Position numbers and translations under genes: made by a program. The notes under the pieces are model-generated. The model was not told the origin of the DNA. It saw only the letters and a program-made list of their open reading frames with translations, and did not search any database. Below, piece after piece: positions 25,705 through 38,014 of a stretch of 64,000 bases of DNA (positions are counted from its first letter, which is position 1; every line of letters starts with the position of its first letter). The stretch is from the NCBI RefSeq assembly GCF_006345805.1, contig NC_043010.1, positions 38,626,001-38,690,000 on the forward strand, read 5' to 3'. The stretch comes from Octopus sinensis (Eukaryota).

Positions 25705-26690
25705 AGTCCCTTTGAGAAGTAAAAGCGGTTAAGTATACAACTCAAGTTGACAACTTGTCAATTACTTTCACTTTCGTTGCATCAACTAAGACAGATGACT
25801 TTACATCTTATATAGGGTCGTGTGATAAAAAAAAATGCCTCTTGAATACGTTCTGTGATCAGAATATATAAATTCTTTATAGACATAGTTGTTGACTTTT
25901 AATGTGGTTTTTAACGAAGGTGGCCCTACACGACCCCAACGAACCGAGAATAGTTGGATAAGCACAAGTTAAACCACAGATGTTTTCAATTTCGCACTGA
26001 ATGCTATGTTGTGGTTCCTTCATTAGCTGATCCAACTGTTTACGTCGGGAGAGGGCATTTTGCTAAAGTTAAGCATAAGACAGTAGAAAAATAGTCTATT
26101 GAAATGACATCTGCCAAAAGCGTTCACAAGCAGTAATTACATCAACCTCACCATGAGCAGCTATAACAACAACAGCAGAAATGACATCAGCAACGGCAGC
26201 AGCAAAAACAGTAGCGGCGGCAACAGAAGCAGCAGCGACAGCACTAACAACCTCATAAATTAGGTTTGCTCGTGCAGAACTGGAGGCTACAAAAATGCAA
26301 CATACATTCCCCAAATACAGAATAGCGAGAAAATATTACAAAATATAAAATTTAGATGTCGTCAATAATGTTGTTCAGTTGCAGGTAGGCTCTGAATGAA
26401 GAAGAAATCTTAAGATCAAAGGCGTTCCAGCTGTGATCATCCTACCATCATTTCAAATATCGTAGCATGACTATGTTGATAAACGTATCCTATCTAATTA
26501 TATTTTAAGACCTGTAGAATATGAGGTTTTACTGGTATTTCTAGTAGATTCAGTGAGACTGTAAAGGCTTCCATCGTTGGTTTGTAACCATTGGTAAATA
26601 TCATAGGTAGGTTGGTATTAATATATTTAATAGATGGAGAAATAAAAAGGAAGGTGACTATCATAGAAATAGTGATGGAGTGACACATAC

Positions 26691-27358
26691 CTTTTCTACT
26701 CTAGGCACGAGGCCTGACATTTTTGGGGAGGAGACCAGTCGATTAGATCGACCCCAGTACGCAACTGGTACTTAATTTATCGACCCTGAAAGGATGAAAG
26801 GCAAAGTCGACCTCGGCGGAATTTTAACTCAGAACGTAACGATCGACGAAATACCTATTTCTTGACTACCTACAAGGGGCTAAACACAGAGGAGACAAAC
26901 AAGGACAGACAAACAGATTAAGCCGATTATATCGACCCCAGTGCGTAACTGGTACTTATTTAATCGACCCCGAAAGGATGAAAAGTCGACCTCGGGGGAA
27001 TTTGAGCTCAGAACGTAACGGCAGACGAAATACCTATTTCTTTACTACCTACAATGGGCTAAACACAGAGAGGACAAACAAGGACAGACAAACGGATTAA
27101 GTCGATTAAGTCGACTAAATAATGCTACGCATTTTGCCCGACATGCTAACGTTTCTGCCAGCTCGCCGTCTATTAAATATATTTATTTCTTTATTGCCCG
27201 CAGGGGGCTAAACATAAAGGGGACAAACAAGGACAGACAAAGGAATTAAGCGGATTGCATCGACTCCCGTGTGTAACTGCTACTTATTTAATCGACCCCG
27301 AAAGGATGAAAAGGAAAGTTGACCTTGGCGGAATTTGAACATAAAGACAAACGAAATA
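26691..27358 (-). mobile_element. Stack of at least four family 2 SINE units
   Basis: Repeated central domains, with gacgaaatac|ctatttc junctions at 26854/26855 and 27033/27034. Confidence 0.9.
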
Positions 27359-27504
27359 CTTCTCTGAAGTCCTTGTCTTGTTCATCTTTCTTGGGAGATT
27401 CTAACCACTAAAACATTTTAAATACATTCTGCATAAAAGGATGAGTGTAGATATGTATAAATAAATTTAAATGTATTTTGGGGTGAGTGTATATATGTAT
27501 AATT

Positions 27505-27880
27505 TCTTTTCATCTTTAACTTGCTTCAGTCATCAAACTGCAGTTCTGCTGAGGCACCAACTTGAAGGTTTTTTTCTTGTATTCCAGCAAATCGACCCTA
27601 GCAATTCTTTCGTTTTCTTTTTAAGCCTGGAATACATTTTATTAGTCTCTTTTTGTCGAATCGCTAGGCTATGGGGACATAAACAAATCAAAACCGGTTC
27701 GTGGGGACAAATAGAAAGGTATACATACATATACGACAGGCTTATTCCAGTTTCCGTCTATCAAATCCACTCTGAAAGTTTTGGCGGCCCGAGACTATAG
27801 GAGTGATTGGCTCAATTGCGCCGTAGGACTGAACCTCGAACCATGTGTTTGGGAAGCAAACTTCTTACCACACAGCCACG
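27505..27880 (-). mobile_element. SINE family 1, near full length
   Basis: Minus strand head cgtggctgtgtggtaagaagtttgcttccc; tail ...gactgaagcaag. Confidence 0.85.
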
Positions 27881-28044
27881 TATATATCTATATATAATGA
27901 TCGAATAATTTAAGATCTATCGTTGAAACGGATAGATCAATGTCCTTTATATTCGATTTCAATTTATGGAGAGGCAGATAGCTAAGTTAGTGTTAATATA
28001 TTTACTGCATAGGACATTGGACATCTACATAGACGTAAATACAT

Positions 28045-28420
28045 CTTTTCCTTTTTACTTGTTTCTGTTATTGAACATTGGCCATACTGGGTCAGTAACT
28101 GGAAGGGTTTAGTCGAACAAATCAACTTCAACATCTATGTTCTTTAAAAGTCTGGTCTATTTCTCTTTTTCCTTTTTAAGGAATCGTTAATTAACGGGGA
28201 CGTAAACAGACCAACATTAGTTTTCAAGCGGTGATGGGGGGAAAGCAGCCCGACACAACCACATACAGACATACACACACAGAGCTTCTGTTTACCGAAA
28301 TGACGCATAAAGTTTTGGTTGGTCCGGGCTGGTAACAAAAGACACTCAGTCAAGGTGTCACGTAGCCGGATTGAACCCGAAGCCAAGTGGTGGCAAATCA
28401 AGCTTCTTAACCATACAGCA
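28045..28420 (-). mobile_element. SINE family 1, diverged
   Basis: Same head, body and tail motifs as other family 1 copies. Confidence 0.8.
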
Positions 28421-28805
28421 ATATCTATGGTAAGAAATCAAAAAAAAAAAAAAAGGACAAAGAAAATCAAGAAAGAAAAATCAACATTAATAGAACTTTT
28501 CATATTCTTTCCATTTTTCACAGCATGCACGAGGGAAAAACTTGGAAAGTTTCAGTTTGTACGCCTGAAGCTATCACTGGAAAAAACACGGATAATTTAC
28601 CACTTATAAAACTATTTTGATGAATTTTAATTAGGAAATTCATTCATTCATATAACTAATTATGATTTATAATATTGGTATATTACCGGCTAAGTATCAG
28701 GTCAAGTGTTAGCTTAATTGAATTGATTGCAAGCTTTATGAGCACGTGTGGCCTTGGGCTAAAGCTAGTAATCAATGTTTGAACAATATGGATAAACATT
28801 TAAGA

Positions 28806-28902
<97 letters not shown>

Positions 28903-28927
28903 GCCTTTCTGTCTGTCTGTCTATCCA

Positions 28928-28988
<61 letters not shown>

Positions 28989-29210
28989 GTATACGCGCAT
29001 ATGCCAACACGCTCACGGACTCAAGACATTTAACGAGATCGTTTCATCGATGAAATGCAATTTATAGATTTTAATATGAATACATATTGATGTTATAATC
29101 AAGAATATGTGTGTGTATGTGTGTATGTGTCTGTTTGTGTGTGTGTGTGTGTGTGCGTTAGTGTGTGTGTGTTTGAGTTTGCTTATATGTGTACAGGTAT
29201 ATGCGTACAT

Positions 29211-29460
29211 GTGGAGGCGTGTGACTTAGTGGTTAGAATGTCAGCATCATGATGGTAAGATTGTGGTTTCGATTCCTGGACCGGGCGTCGCGTAGTGTTC
29301 TTGAGCAAAACACTTCATTTCACGTTGCTCCAGTCCACTCAGCTGGCAAAAATAAGTAACGCTGCGATGGACTGGCGTCCCGACCAGCTGGGGAACACAT
29401 ACGCCATAGAAACCAGTGAAACCGGGCCCACGAGGCTGGCTAGGCTTTAAAAGGGCGCAT
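29211..29460 (+). mobile_element. tRNA-derived SINE, head B + tail Y
   Basis: gtggaggcgtgtgacttagtggttag...ctcagctggcaaaaataagt|aacgctgcgatggactggcgtccc. Confidence 0.88.
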
Positions 29461-29529
29461 TTGTTATTTTGTTATATGCGTACATACATACATACATACA
29501 TACATACAGACTGACAGACAGACAGAACT

Positions 29530-30027
29530 TATATAAGGATTTGAGATAGAGAAGAGAATCTGTGCACAGTTGTGAAAATTAGCTGAAGATCAGTGTAAAA
29601 GGGAACGCCTATGCTGAACTATTGAGAAATCTGCAGTTATTCTATCCAGATTACAAGTTCAGGTATATACCTGTAATTATTCGGGCCCTGGGGTATGAAA
29701 TATACTGCTTCAATACCAATCTTGAGAAATTAGAAAGGAGAAAGCTAATTCGAAAACTAAAGATCGAATCCATCACTGGAACTGTAAACATCTATAAAAC
29801 TTCCCAGAAGTTTATCATTAAATATATATGAGCATGTCTAGATATGCAATTATATGCATGAGAATACATACATAAAACAGAAAATAAAAAGCAGCACATA
29901 TACATACATACATATATGCAAAAATACCCCGTTGTTGATGTTGAAATTCCAATGAAGGAGCCTTGGATCTAGGTTAGAAACTGGTTCTTTCTCTATTAGC
30001 CAGAAATCTGGAAATAAACAATGATGA
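29530..30027 (+). mobile_element. R4/Dong-like (RLE-type) non-LTR retrotransposon 3' end
   Basis: NAYAELLRNLQLFYPDYKFRYIPVIIRALGY...KLIRKLKIESITGTVNIYKT resembles the R4-clade C-terminus (Y..L...IPV.IGALG...). Followed by a 3' UTR ending in (CATA)n. Confidence 0.65.
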
Positions 30028-30373
30028 CATACATACATACATACATACATACATACATACATACATACATACATACATACATACATACATACATACATAC
30101 ATGCATACATGCATACATAGAAATCCGGTTGTTGATGTTGAAATTCCAATGAAGGGGCCTTGAATCTAGGTTAGAAACCGGTTCTTTCTCAATTGGCCAA
30201 AAATCTTGAAATAAAATGAATAATGACATACATACATACATACATATAAACATACATACATACAAAAATACCCTGTTGTTGATGTTGAAATTCCAATGAA
30301 GGAGCCTTGGGTCTAGGTTAGAAACTGGTTCTTTCTTTATTAGTCAGAAATGCTGAAATAAACTGAATAGTGA
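29921..30373 (+). repeat. Three tandem ~110-bp 3' UTR units separated by (CATA)n
   Basis: gttgttgatgttgaaattccaatgaagg.gccttg..tctaggttagaaac.ggttctttc at 29921-30027, about 30120-30226 and 30264-30373. Confidence 0.9.
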
Positions 30374-30399
30374 CATACATGCATACATATATGCATACT

Positions 30400-31190
30400 T
30401 CTAAAACAAATTGTAAATATACACGGGATACAATGAAAAAGACGGGACACTTACATAGTATAGAAAGATTTAAAATGGAGTAGGGAGAGGATGATAGAGA
30501 TGTAGTCCTCCTTATACAGCGATGACCTCTAAGGATAATCGAGGAACCGTTGACCGAGAGGTCCCTGAATACCAAGAGCAAGTGTCCTCTTCATTTCTTT
30601 CTCTCCGACTCACAGGTTTACACTTCGAGAGATACCATCAACTCCTGTCATTTTCGCAATTTTCACTCACCTTTCAATAAACTCACTCGAAGACAGCACT
30701 TCCAAAGAGGAATGTATGTGTCCTCACGCCTTTCAACCTAGTCCATCAAACAACCTCTTTCGCTACAGCCACCAGCAAAGGAAAACTGCTTCGCCTGCGC
30801 GATTAAGGAGGGCAGCGGTGCAATTATCACTACAGACTCGCGCGATAGATCCGTCCCACACGTAACAGCAGCTGTTCGACATAACAGTTCGACATAACCC
30901 CACAAGCCCGTCAGACAGCAAATCCGTGCCTGCAGAGTTTATCCCGAACCGGTAGCGCACCTCGGTAGTATTGCCAAGCCAAGGTCATCTGGAGATTATC
31001 TCCGATACAGACTAGCTAGTTCGTTTTCGTTGGGCCCAGAGTCTGCCGGAGAACGTTGTCGTACTTCTCCGTTACTAATTCTCTATAAATTTCTACAGTG
31101 GAACATCCACTAATCTCATTGCCCGCATGGTAGAAGGATGTGAGCGCCTGATGACATTTAAGTGCCAGGCGCCCAGTAATAATAATCAAT
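30400..31190 (-). mobile_element. Tx1/L1-like LINE 3' portion, decayed
   Basis: Minus strand frames give EIYRELVTEKYDNVL, TLAWQYYRGALPVRDKLCRHG..RAC, VAVAKEVV*WTRLKG and EVLSSSEFIER*VKIA. This fits a Tx1-type ORF2 C-terminal Cys-rich region. Confidence 0.7.
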
Positions 31191-31453
31191 AGTAATAATA
31201 ATAAGAATAAGAACAACAACATAGTTTTGGCTATGTTGCGGTACGGGATAAGACGAGTTTACATAATTTCATCTTGGAAGTCACTTGAATGTTTGTATGT
31301 TCAACTATGTGAATTAAACAGACACACATTCACACACGTGAACAGATACACTCATACGTATATACATTCACACACACACACATACACACACACACACACG
31401 CACACGCACACACACACACTCCCTCCAACGCTGCCCTGAGCATTTTAAAAAAA

Positions 31454-31773
31454 GACTCCGCCGGTTACGACGACGAGGGTCCCAGCTGATACGATCAACG
31501 GAACAGCTTGCTCGTGAAATTAACGTGCAAATGGCTGAGCATTCCACAGACACGTGTACCCTTAACGTAGTTCTCGGGGATAATCAGCGTGACACAGAGA
31601 GTGACAAGGCTGACCCTTTGAAATACAAGTACAACTCATTTTTGCCAGCTGAGTGGACTGGAGCAACGTGAAATAAAGTGTCTTGCTCAAGGACACACGC
31701 GTCGCCGGGAATCGAACTCACAACCTTACGATCATGAGCCGAATGCCCTAACCACTAAGCCACGCGCCCTCAC
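31454..31773 (-). mobile_element. tRNA-derived SINE, head B + tail X, with 14-bp TSD
   Basis: Head gtgagggcgcgtggcttagtggttagg. TSD ccctgagcatttta at 31434-31447 and 31773-31786. Confidence 0.9.
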
Positions 31774-31806
31774 CCTGAGCATTTTAGCAATAGTATGATG
31801 GGGAAA

Positions 31807-32115
31807 GTGGAGGCTCAATGGCTCAGTGGTTAGGGCAGCGGATTCGTGGTCGGAGGATCGCGGTTTCGATTCCCAGACCGGGCGTAGTGTGTGTTTATTG
31901 AGCGAAAACACATAAAGCTCCACGAAGCCCCGCCAGGGAGTGGTGGTGACCCCTGTTGTACTCTTTCGCCCCAACTTTGTCTCACTATTTCTTCCTGTTT
32001 CTTGAGTAACGCTGCGATGGACTGGCGTCCCGTCCAGCTGTGGGGTACACATACGCCATAGACACCGGGAAACCGGGCCCATGAGCTGGCTAGGCTTGAA
32101 AAGGGCGCATAAATA
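31807..32115 (+). mobile_element. tRNA-derived SINE, head A + tail Y
   Basis: gtggaggctcaatggctcagtggttagggcagcgg...ttcttgagt|aacgctgcgatggactggcgtccc. Confidence 0.88.
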
Positions 32116-32139
32116 AAAAAAATAGTGATGGGGAAAATA

Positions 32140-32530
32140 TTTCAACTGCACTGCCCAAATGATGTTGCTATCCACTTTAAAATTCACCCAATGCTTGATC
32201 TCCGCACCATCCATCTTCTACAAAAATCAATGCTCGGGTCAAACCACATCACTAAGACAGAAATATTACACCTCAACTCGCCCTGCTCTCTTTAACATCA
32301 TGTCATGCCAAACACATCACAGAAGAAAAGCATCTCATAACATTCAAGCGGGTTCTGGACATGTATCTCCAACACATTCCAAATAAACGGCCAACACCCG
32401 GATATATCTCTGCCAATAATAAATCTCTACTCGAATTAGCTATGATGACCAAGGAAGGACTATAATATGAAACATCATTAAATGCCATTACCATGTGGTG
32501 CTATTAAGTTAGAGACGGTCTGGTTTACAT
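32140..32530 (+). mobile_element. CR1/L2-group LINE 3' end running into (TATC)n
   Basis: PNDVAIHFKIHP...LRQKYYTSTRPALFNIM...TFKRVLDMYLQHIPNKRPTPGYISANNKSLLE across frameshifts. Confidence 0.78.
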
Positions 32531-32541
32531 CTAACCGAAGC

Positions 32542-32612
<71 letters not shown>

Positions 32613-32963
32613 CACTGAGATAGATATGTATGTGAATATGCGTGTGTGTGCGTGCGTGCGTGTGTATGATGGGTGTGCTTGATCGCGCGCGTGTGTGTGT
32701 ATGTGTTTGAAGCAGCTGTGTGGGAAGCAGCTGTGTTCATATCCTTCGGCGACCCTCCGAGACGTTTAAAATCGGCGTAAATTAACTTTCCTCTTGAATA
32801 ATTTTAAAGTAAACAACTCCGGGGCAAATATATGCTGGAACAGAATTCCAGTGAACCAACATCCTTGTGAAGAAGGAGAGGAACCTGAGGAGGGAGTGCT
32901 ATATTGTTTGTATGAAAGGAGAAATATTCCAACACTACTACTACTACTACTAGTAGTGGAGAG

Positions 32964-33215
32964 GGAAGGTACATGGCTGACTGGTTTGAGCTTCGGGCTC
33001 ACAATCACAAGGTAGTGAGTTCGATTACTGGACAGGGCTGCATGTTGTGTTCTTGAGCAAGACACTTTATTTCACATTGCTCCAGTTCCCTCAGCTGTTA
33101 AAACGAGTTGCAGCATCACTGGTGCCAAGCTGTATCAGCCTTTGTCTTTCCCTTAGATAACCTCAATGGCGTGGAGGGGAAAGGCTGGTATGCATGGGCA
33201 ACTGCTGGTTTTCCA
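32964..33215 (+). mobile_element. tRNA-derived SINE, head B with a different tail (W)
   Basis: Head B through ctcagctgttaaaacgagt, then gcagcatcactggtgccaagctgtatc... Confidence 0.75.
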
Positions 33216-33719
33216 TATATTTCTTAGTAGGAAGAGATGGTAAATACAGGTGGTCACCATGAATAATTTTACATTGATGTATTTCTTTGTTAACTTTCAC
33301 ATCAATCAAAGTCAGTAAACAACATGTAGACTTTAAAAATACATGAGATATAAAAGAAAAAAAATCCTCGTAATGCTTATAAAATAATAATAAAAAAAAG
33401 AACAATTCTTTAAAAAGAATGATAAAATAACATGGCAAAAACATTCATTCACGTATTCTGAAAAGCCTGATAAATATATAAAAATAATTTTGAAAAGAAT
33501 TCGAAAATCTCACTGTTTTTCGAAACAGACGATTTAACATTTATCTTCAAAAGAATCACGCACGTAAACACAAATATATTGACATCTACATAATAAAAAA
33601 AAATAAATATTATTCTGAAAAAAAAATGTATTTAACAAGCAAAAAACATCTATTGCTGTCAAACCTGGAGGACTAAGAAATATACCAAAGGTGTGCTTGG
33701 TAACACACCAAATGTGTCT

Positions 33720-33734
33720 ATCTATCTATCTATC

Positions 33735-33777
<43 letters not shown>

Positions 33778-33834
33778 ATCTATCTATCTATTTTATCTAT
33801 CGATCTATTATCTATCTATCTATCTATCTCTATC

Positions 33835-33872
<38 letters not shown>

Positions 33873-34190
33873 TATTATCTATACTATCTATCTATCTATC
33901 TATCTATCTATCATTATCTATCTATTTATCTTTTTTTTTTGTTTTTTGTTCTTTTCTTCCCTTTACGATCCCTTGATCGAAAACCTACGCCACCCCCTTT
34001 TTTTTCTTTTGTTTTTTGTTCTTCTTCAATCCCCCAAAGAAAGCTCTACCTTGTAAATTGTCCCATCTGTGTGCAGCCCTGTGTGGCCAATAAAGAAACT
34101 TATCTATCTATCTACCACTTAAAAAGGTGAGAATCTATCTATCTGTTTGTCTGTCTGGCTGTCTGTTTGTCTGTCTGTCTCTCTGTCTGT

Positions 34191-34250
<60 letters not shown>

Positions 34251-34289
34251 ATATCTATCTATCTATCTATCTCTATTTATGTATTTATT

Positions 34290-34320
<31 letters not shown>

Positions 34321-34357
34321 TTATCTGTCTGTCTGTCTGTCTGTATGTATGTATGTA

Positions 34358-34432
<75 letters not shown>

Positions 34433-34440
34433 TTATCTAT
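33720..34440. repeat. Large (TATC)/(TGTC) microsatellite complex
   Basis: Direct reading. Confidence 0.95.
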
Positions 34441-34480
34441 CTACCACTTAAAAAAGGTGAGAATAGAGAGGCAAGTTTTG

Positions 34481-35131
34481 TATTGGGTTGAGAAATGGAT
34501 TATCTACCGAAATGTTCAGAGAAAGCGATCCTGGAGTAAGCGACATGAGCAACCCTTAGCCACCCAAATGCGGAGCTTCACCCCAAAAAAGTCTTGCTTT
34601 GCGTCTGGTGGGATTGGAAAGGAATTCTGTACTATGAGCTTCTCCCAGGTAACCAGACAATTAATTCTGAGAAATACTGCACACAACTGGAAGGGGTAAA
34701 AGCAGCAATTCAAGAGAAACGTCCAGAGTTGGCCAACAGGAATGGTATTATTTTCCAAAATAATAATGCAAGACCGCACGTTTGTTTGGGAACCAGAAAA
34801 AATTGCTGCAGCTTGGCTGCGATGTGTTACCCCCACCTTCAATATTCACCAGATATTGCTCCTTCGGATTTCCACTTATTTAGGTCTCTGCAGAATAGTC
34901 TTAATGGTAAAAATTTCAATTCCTTGGATGACGTAAAAAGATACCTTGATGAATTCTTTGCTGTGGAACCACTTCATTCTGGGAAGAGGGTATGTTCAAG
35001 TTAAAGGAAAGATGGAGGCGTATTGTGCAACAAAATGGTTCATATTTGGTTGATTAAAAATGTAATGGCATATATTTATTGACGCTTTTCTTGCTTTAAA
35101 AATCGGCATGAACTTTTCAGACAACCCAATA
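34481..35131 (+). mobile_element. Mariner element with transposase C-terminal half and 3' TIR
   Basis: EKWIIYRN...[34 protein letters not shown]...NNARPH...YSPDIAPSDFHLFRSLQNSL...WRRIVQQNGSYLVD*. 3' TIR aaatcggcatgaacttttcagacaacccaaTA. Confidence 0.93.
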
Positions 35132-35370
35132 TATAATAAATTATGTAGTTATGTATGTATGTAATATATTATATATATATATAATTATATATATATATAT
35201 ATGTATATATGAGAGTTATTGGTATCTAGCAGACCCAAAGAATGCAAGTAGCGCTAAGTAATTGCTATGGACAGACCGTAGTTAAACTCATGGTTCGATA
35301 GTGATACGAGTAAGGAATCTAATGTGGGTCTTGTATTAGCAGCATATATATTAGACAAAATGAGATTACG

Positions 35371-35516
35371 AAGCCAAGGGTGTGAGAAGTTTTCAGGAAC
35401 TTATTAGGAAAAAGATATAAGTCTTACAGCTGTTTCTAGGATATTATAGATATCCTAAGACTATATCTATATCTTTTTCCTAATAAATGTCCTGAAAACT
35501 CCCACAGCATTGGCTT
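35371..35516. repeat. Fold-back element (arms 35371-35426 and 35456-35516) with an HHR remnant at the centre
   Basis: aagccaagggtgtgagaagttttcaggaacttattaggaaaaagatata pairs with tatatctttttcctaataaatgtcctgaaaactcccacagcattggctt. Confidence 0.85.
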
Positions 35517-35517
35517 A

Positions 35518-36273
35518 TCTATCTTATTATATATATTATATATATATATATATATATAATATATATATATATATATAAAACTCAACTTGTGTGTCTGTGT
35601 GTGTATCTGTGTGTGTGTTTAACTTCCCGGTACAACTCCTCCAAGCCAAAAAATCGTCGTAGAACCACCCAAAAATGGGTCATTTAAAGTTTAGGCGAAT
35701 GAAAATTAACTGCGCTCTTTCTGTTCCGGAAATTCCGAAATTTCTGTTCCGAAATTCATCTCGCAAGTGCAAAAATCGATAATGTGTTTATTTAGGCCTT
35801 ATCCCATGCATTGAATGGTGAACTTTACTCAGTCTGCTGTTTGACGTGAACTGTGTTCACCACGCGTGCAAGCATGCGTAAATTGCATGAAAAATAAAAA
35901 ATCAAGATATAAAAACGAATCACCGTAAACATTGTAGAAATTCGGCAAAGAAATGAAATTTTGGGATGTAGCCTGGAGGGTTTATTGGTATTAATCGTTT
36001 TGACTTTGTGAACAGATACCAATTGTTTTCATAACATTTTTAACACTTTAAATTAAATGTGACCATTTTGCGTTGAGTCTGCAGTTTGAATCACTTTAAC
36101 CAAATTTTAGCTAGCCGGATTTTTGATCATCACGATACATCGCCTGCAAGTCCCTGAAACTCTCCCCTGAAATCCCCGTTGAGAAATCTATCATATATAT
36201 AATAATACTTTGAATATGACTCCTGAGAAAGAGTAAAAGTAATTATCCGATGAACGACGGGTATTACTGCTAG
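35518..36273 (+). mobile_element. Non-autonomous Helitron-like element
   Basis: A|TC 5' end followed by tatatataaaactcaacttgtgtgtc. Sub-terminal ccgatgaacgacgg hairpin and 3' CTAG|T. No TSD. Confidence 0.6.
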
Positions 36274-36627
36274 TATATATATAATCTATAAAAAGTCAGG
36301 AGATGTGAGAGAACTTACACTAATACAAACATGTAAATATGATTTATCATACACTGAAATTATTATTACATGAGGAATGCTGCGAATCGGCCATACACCT
36401 ATGGTTGTCAAGTGGTTAAATGTATATATTCACCTCTCATAATCCTGATTTCTTATGGTTTATATACTCCAAACGAATTATTCACATGGCTCGGATATTC
36501 TAAATATCACCTGCATCGAACGCCGCATTATATTCCTCTGTATTAAATGGTATGTTAGCCGAGTCCGGCAGAGGAAATTTCTGTGATAGCCTTACAACTG
36601 TACGACACCATAGAGTACTTTACAATT

Positions 36628-36668
<41 letters not shown>

Positions 36669-36779
36669 ATGTATATATACATATACATACATAGAAATAC
36701 ACACACATAGATAAGTAGATGGCCTAATGGAAATGTCCTAGGATGTACGTAGTTCGAAAACGTGATCTGCTTGGAAATA

Positions 36780-36814
<35 letters not shown>

Positions 36815-36914
36815 ATATATATATACATCTATATATGTGTATGTATCAGAGAAAGAGAGAGAGAGAGAGAGAGGGAGAGGGAGAGAGAGAGATCGTGTGT
36901 GCATATATATATAT

Positions 36915-37070
36915 TCTCCCTCTGTTTATTTCTTCGTGTCTCTTTCTGTTGGAGAACTTAGGCTCGAAACGTAAAAGTTTTCTTACCTTCCCGAGCGTCA
37001 AAGTAATACAGCTGCTTGTTGTATATACACCAGTCTTCGTTTTTTGGTTTTCTGTAAATTTCAACTATAC
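36915..37070 (+). mobile_element. Family P1 pLTR-type repeat with HHR-like motif at 36942-36977
   Basis: ctttctgttggagaacttaggctcgaaacgtaaaag... Confidence 0.7.
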
Positions 37071-37082
37071 ATATATATATAT

Positions 37083-37227
37083 AGGCGTGGCTGTGTGGTA
37101 AGGAATTTGCTTCCCAACCACATTGTTGCAGTGTGTTATCTCTGGCAATTGTCTTCTACTATATCGTCGGGCCGACCAAAGCCTTTTCAGTGGATTTGAT
37201 TGACGGATATAGGAAGAAGCCCGTCGA
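37083..37227 (+). mobile_element. SINE family 1, 5' half
   Basis: aggcgtggctgtgtggtaagg...gaagaagcccgtcg. Confidence 0.8.
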
Positions 37228-37264
<37 letters not shown>

Positions 37265-37446
37265 TGAGTATAATTATAATTAGGGTTCAGCAAAAAAATT
37301 TGCTTCACCACACCGAAATTTAGAAATAGCAGCCAAGCAAACTAGCTATTTCTCTACCATAAGAAAATCTCCCAGATAACATATACTCAAAAACAATCCA
37401 TGTAGGCAAAGAGGAAAAACAACTAATTTACCCGGCATTTGATTAA

Positions 37447-37529
37447 CTGTGGACGCGTTTCGGAGTTAGATAGGTATGAAAAATGTAAAAATCTCATTTT
37501 CATTCTATCATTCTCGCTCTTCAGCACAA
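37447..37529 (-). ncRNA. Minimal type I hammerhead ribozyme with a long stem II hairpin
   Basis: Minus strand reads TTGTG-CTGAAGA-GCGAG...CTCC-GAAAC-GC-GTC-CACAG. Palindromic ACGCGT and GUC triplet. Predicted cleavage between 37452 and 37451. Confidence 0.8.
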
Positions 37530-37774
37530 TATTTCAAGATTTTAAATTTGAGAGCACTGAAAAAATTGAACATGCCTATCTGATTCAAGCATCATCAGAC
37601 AAACTATATCCAATGACCAGTACCAACGAATTCAAAACATACGAATGAGATCCCGTATTCCCCCTCACCTACCCAGGTGTGTTAGTGAGCAAAAATTCTA
37701 CAGAAAAAACTGTAGTTTATTACCAGGGAGAGAATTATACAAGATCTCATTCATATGTTTAGAATTCGTTGGTA

Positions 37775-37881
<107 letters not shown>

Positions 37882-37976
37882 CCTGTCTGTCTGTCTATTT
37901 CTCTCTTCCTCTATCAGTCTGGTTGTCTATGTATTATATGTCCAATCTTTATATACAAATACACAAATACACATAC

Positions 37977-38014
<38 letters not shown>

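Noticed and set aside
29945-29990. CCAATGA...GAAAC-(C/T)G-GTT in the triplicated R4-like tail
   Set aside because: The core has two substitutions and stem I does not pair in register.
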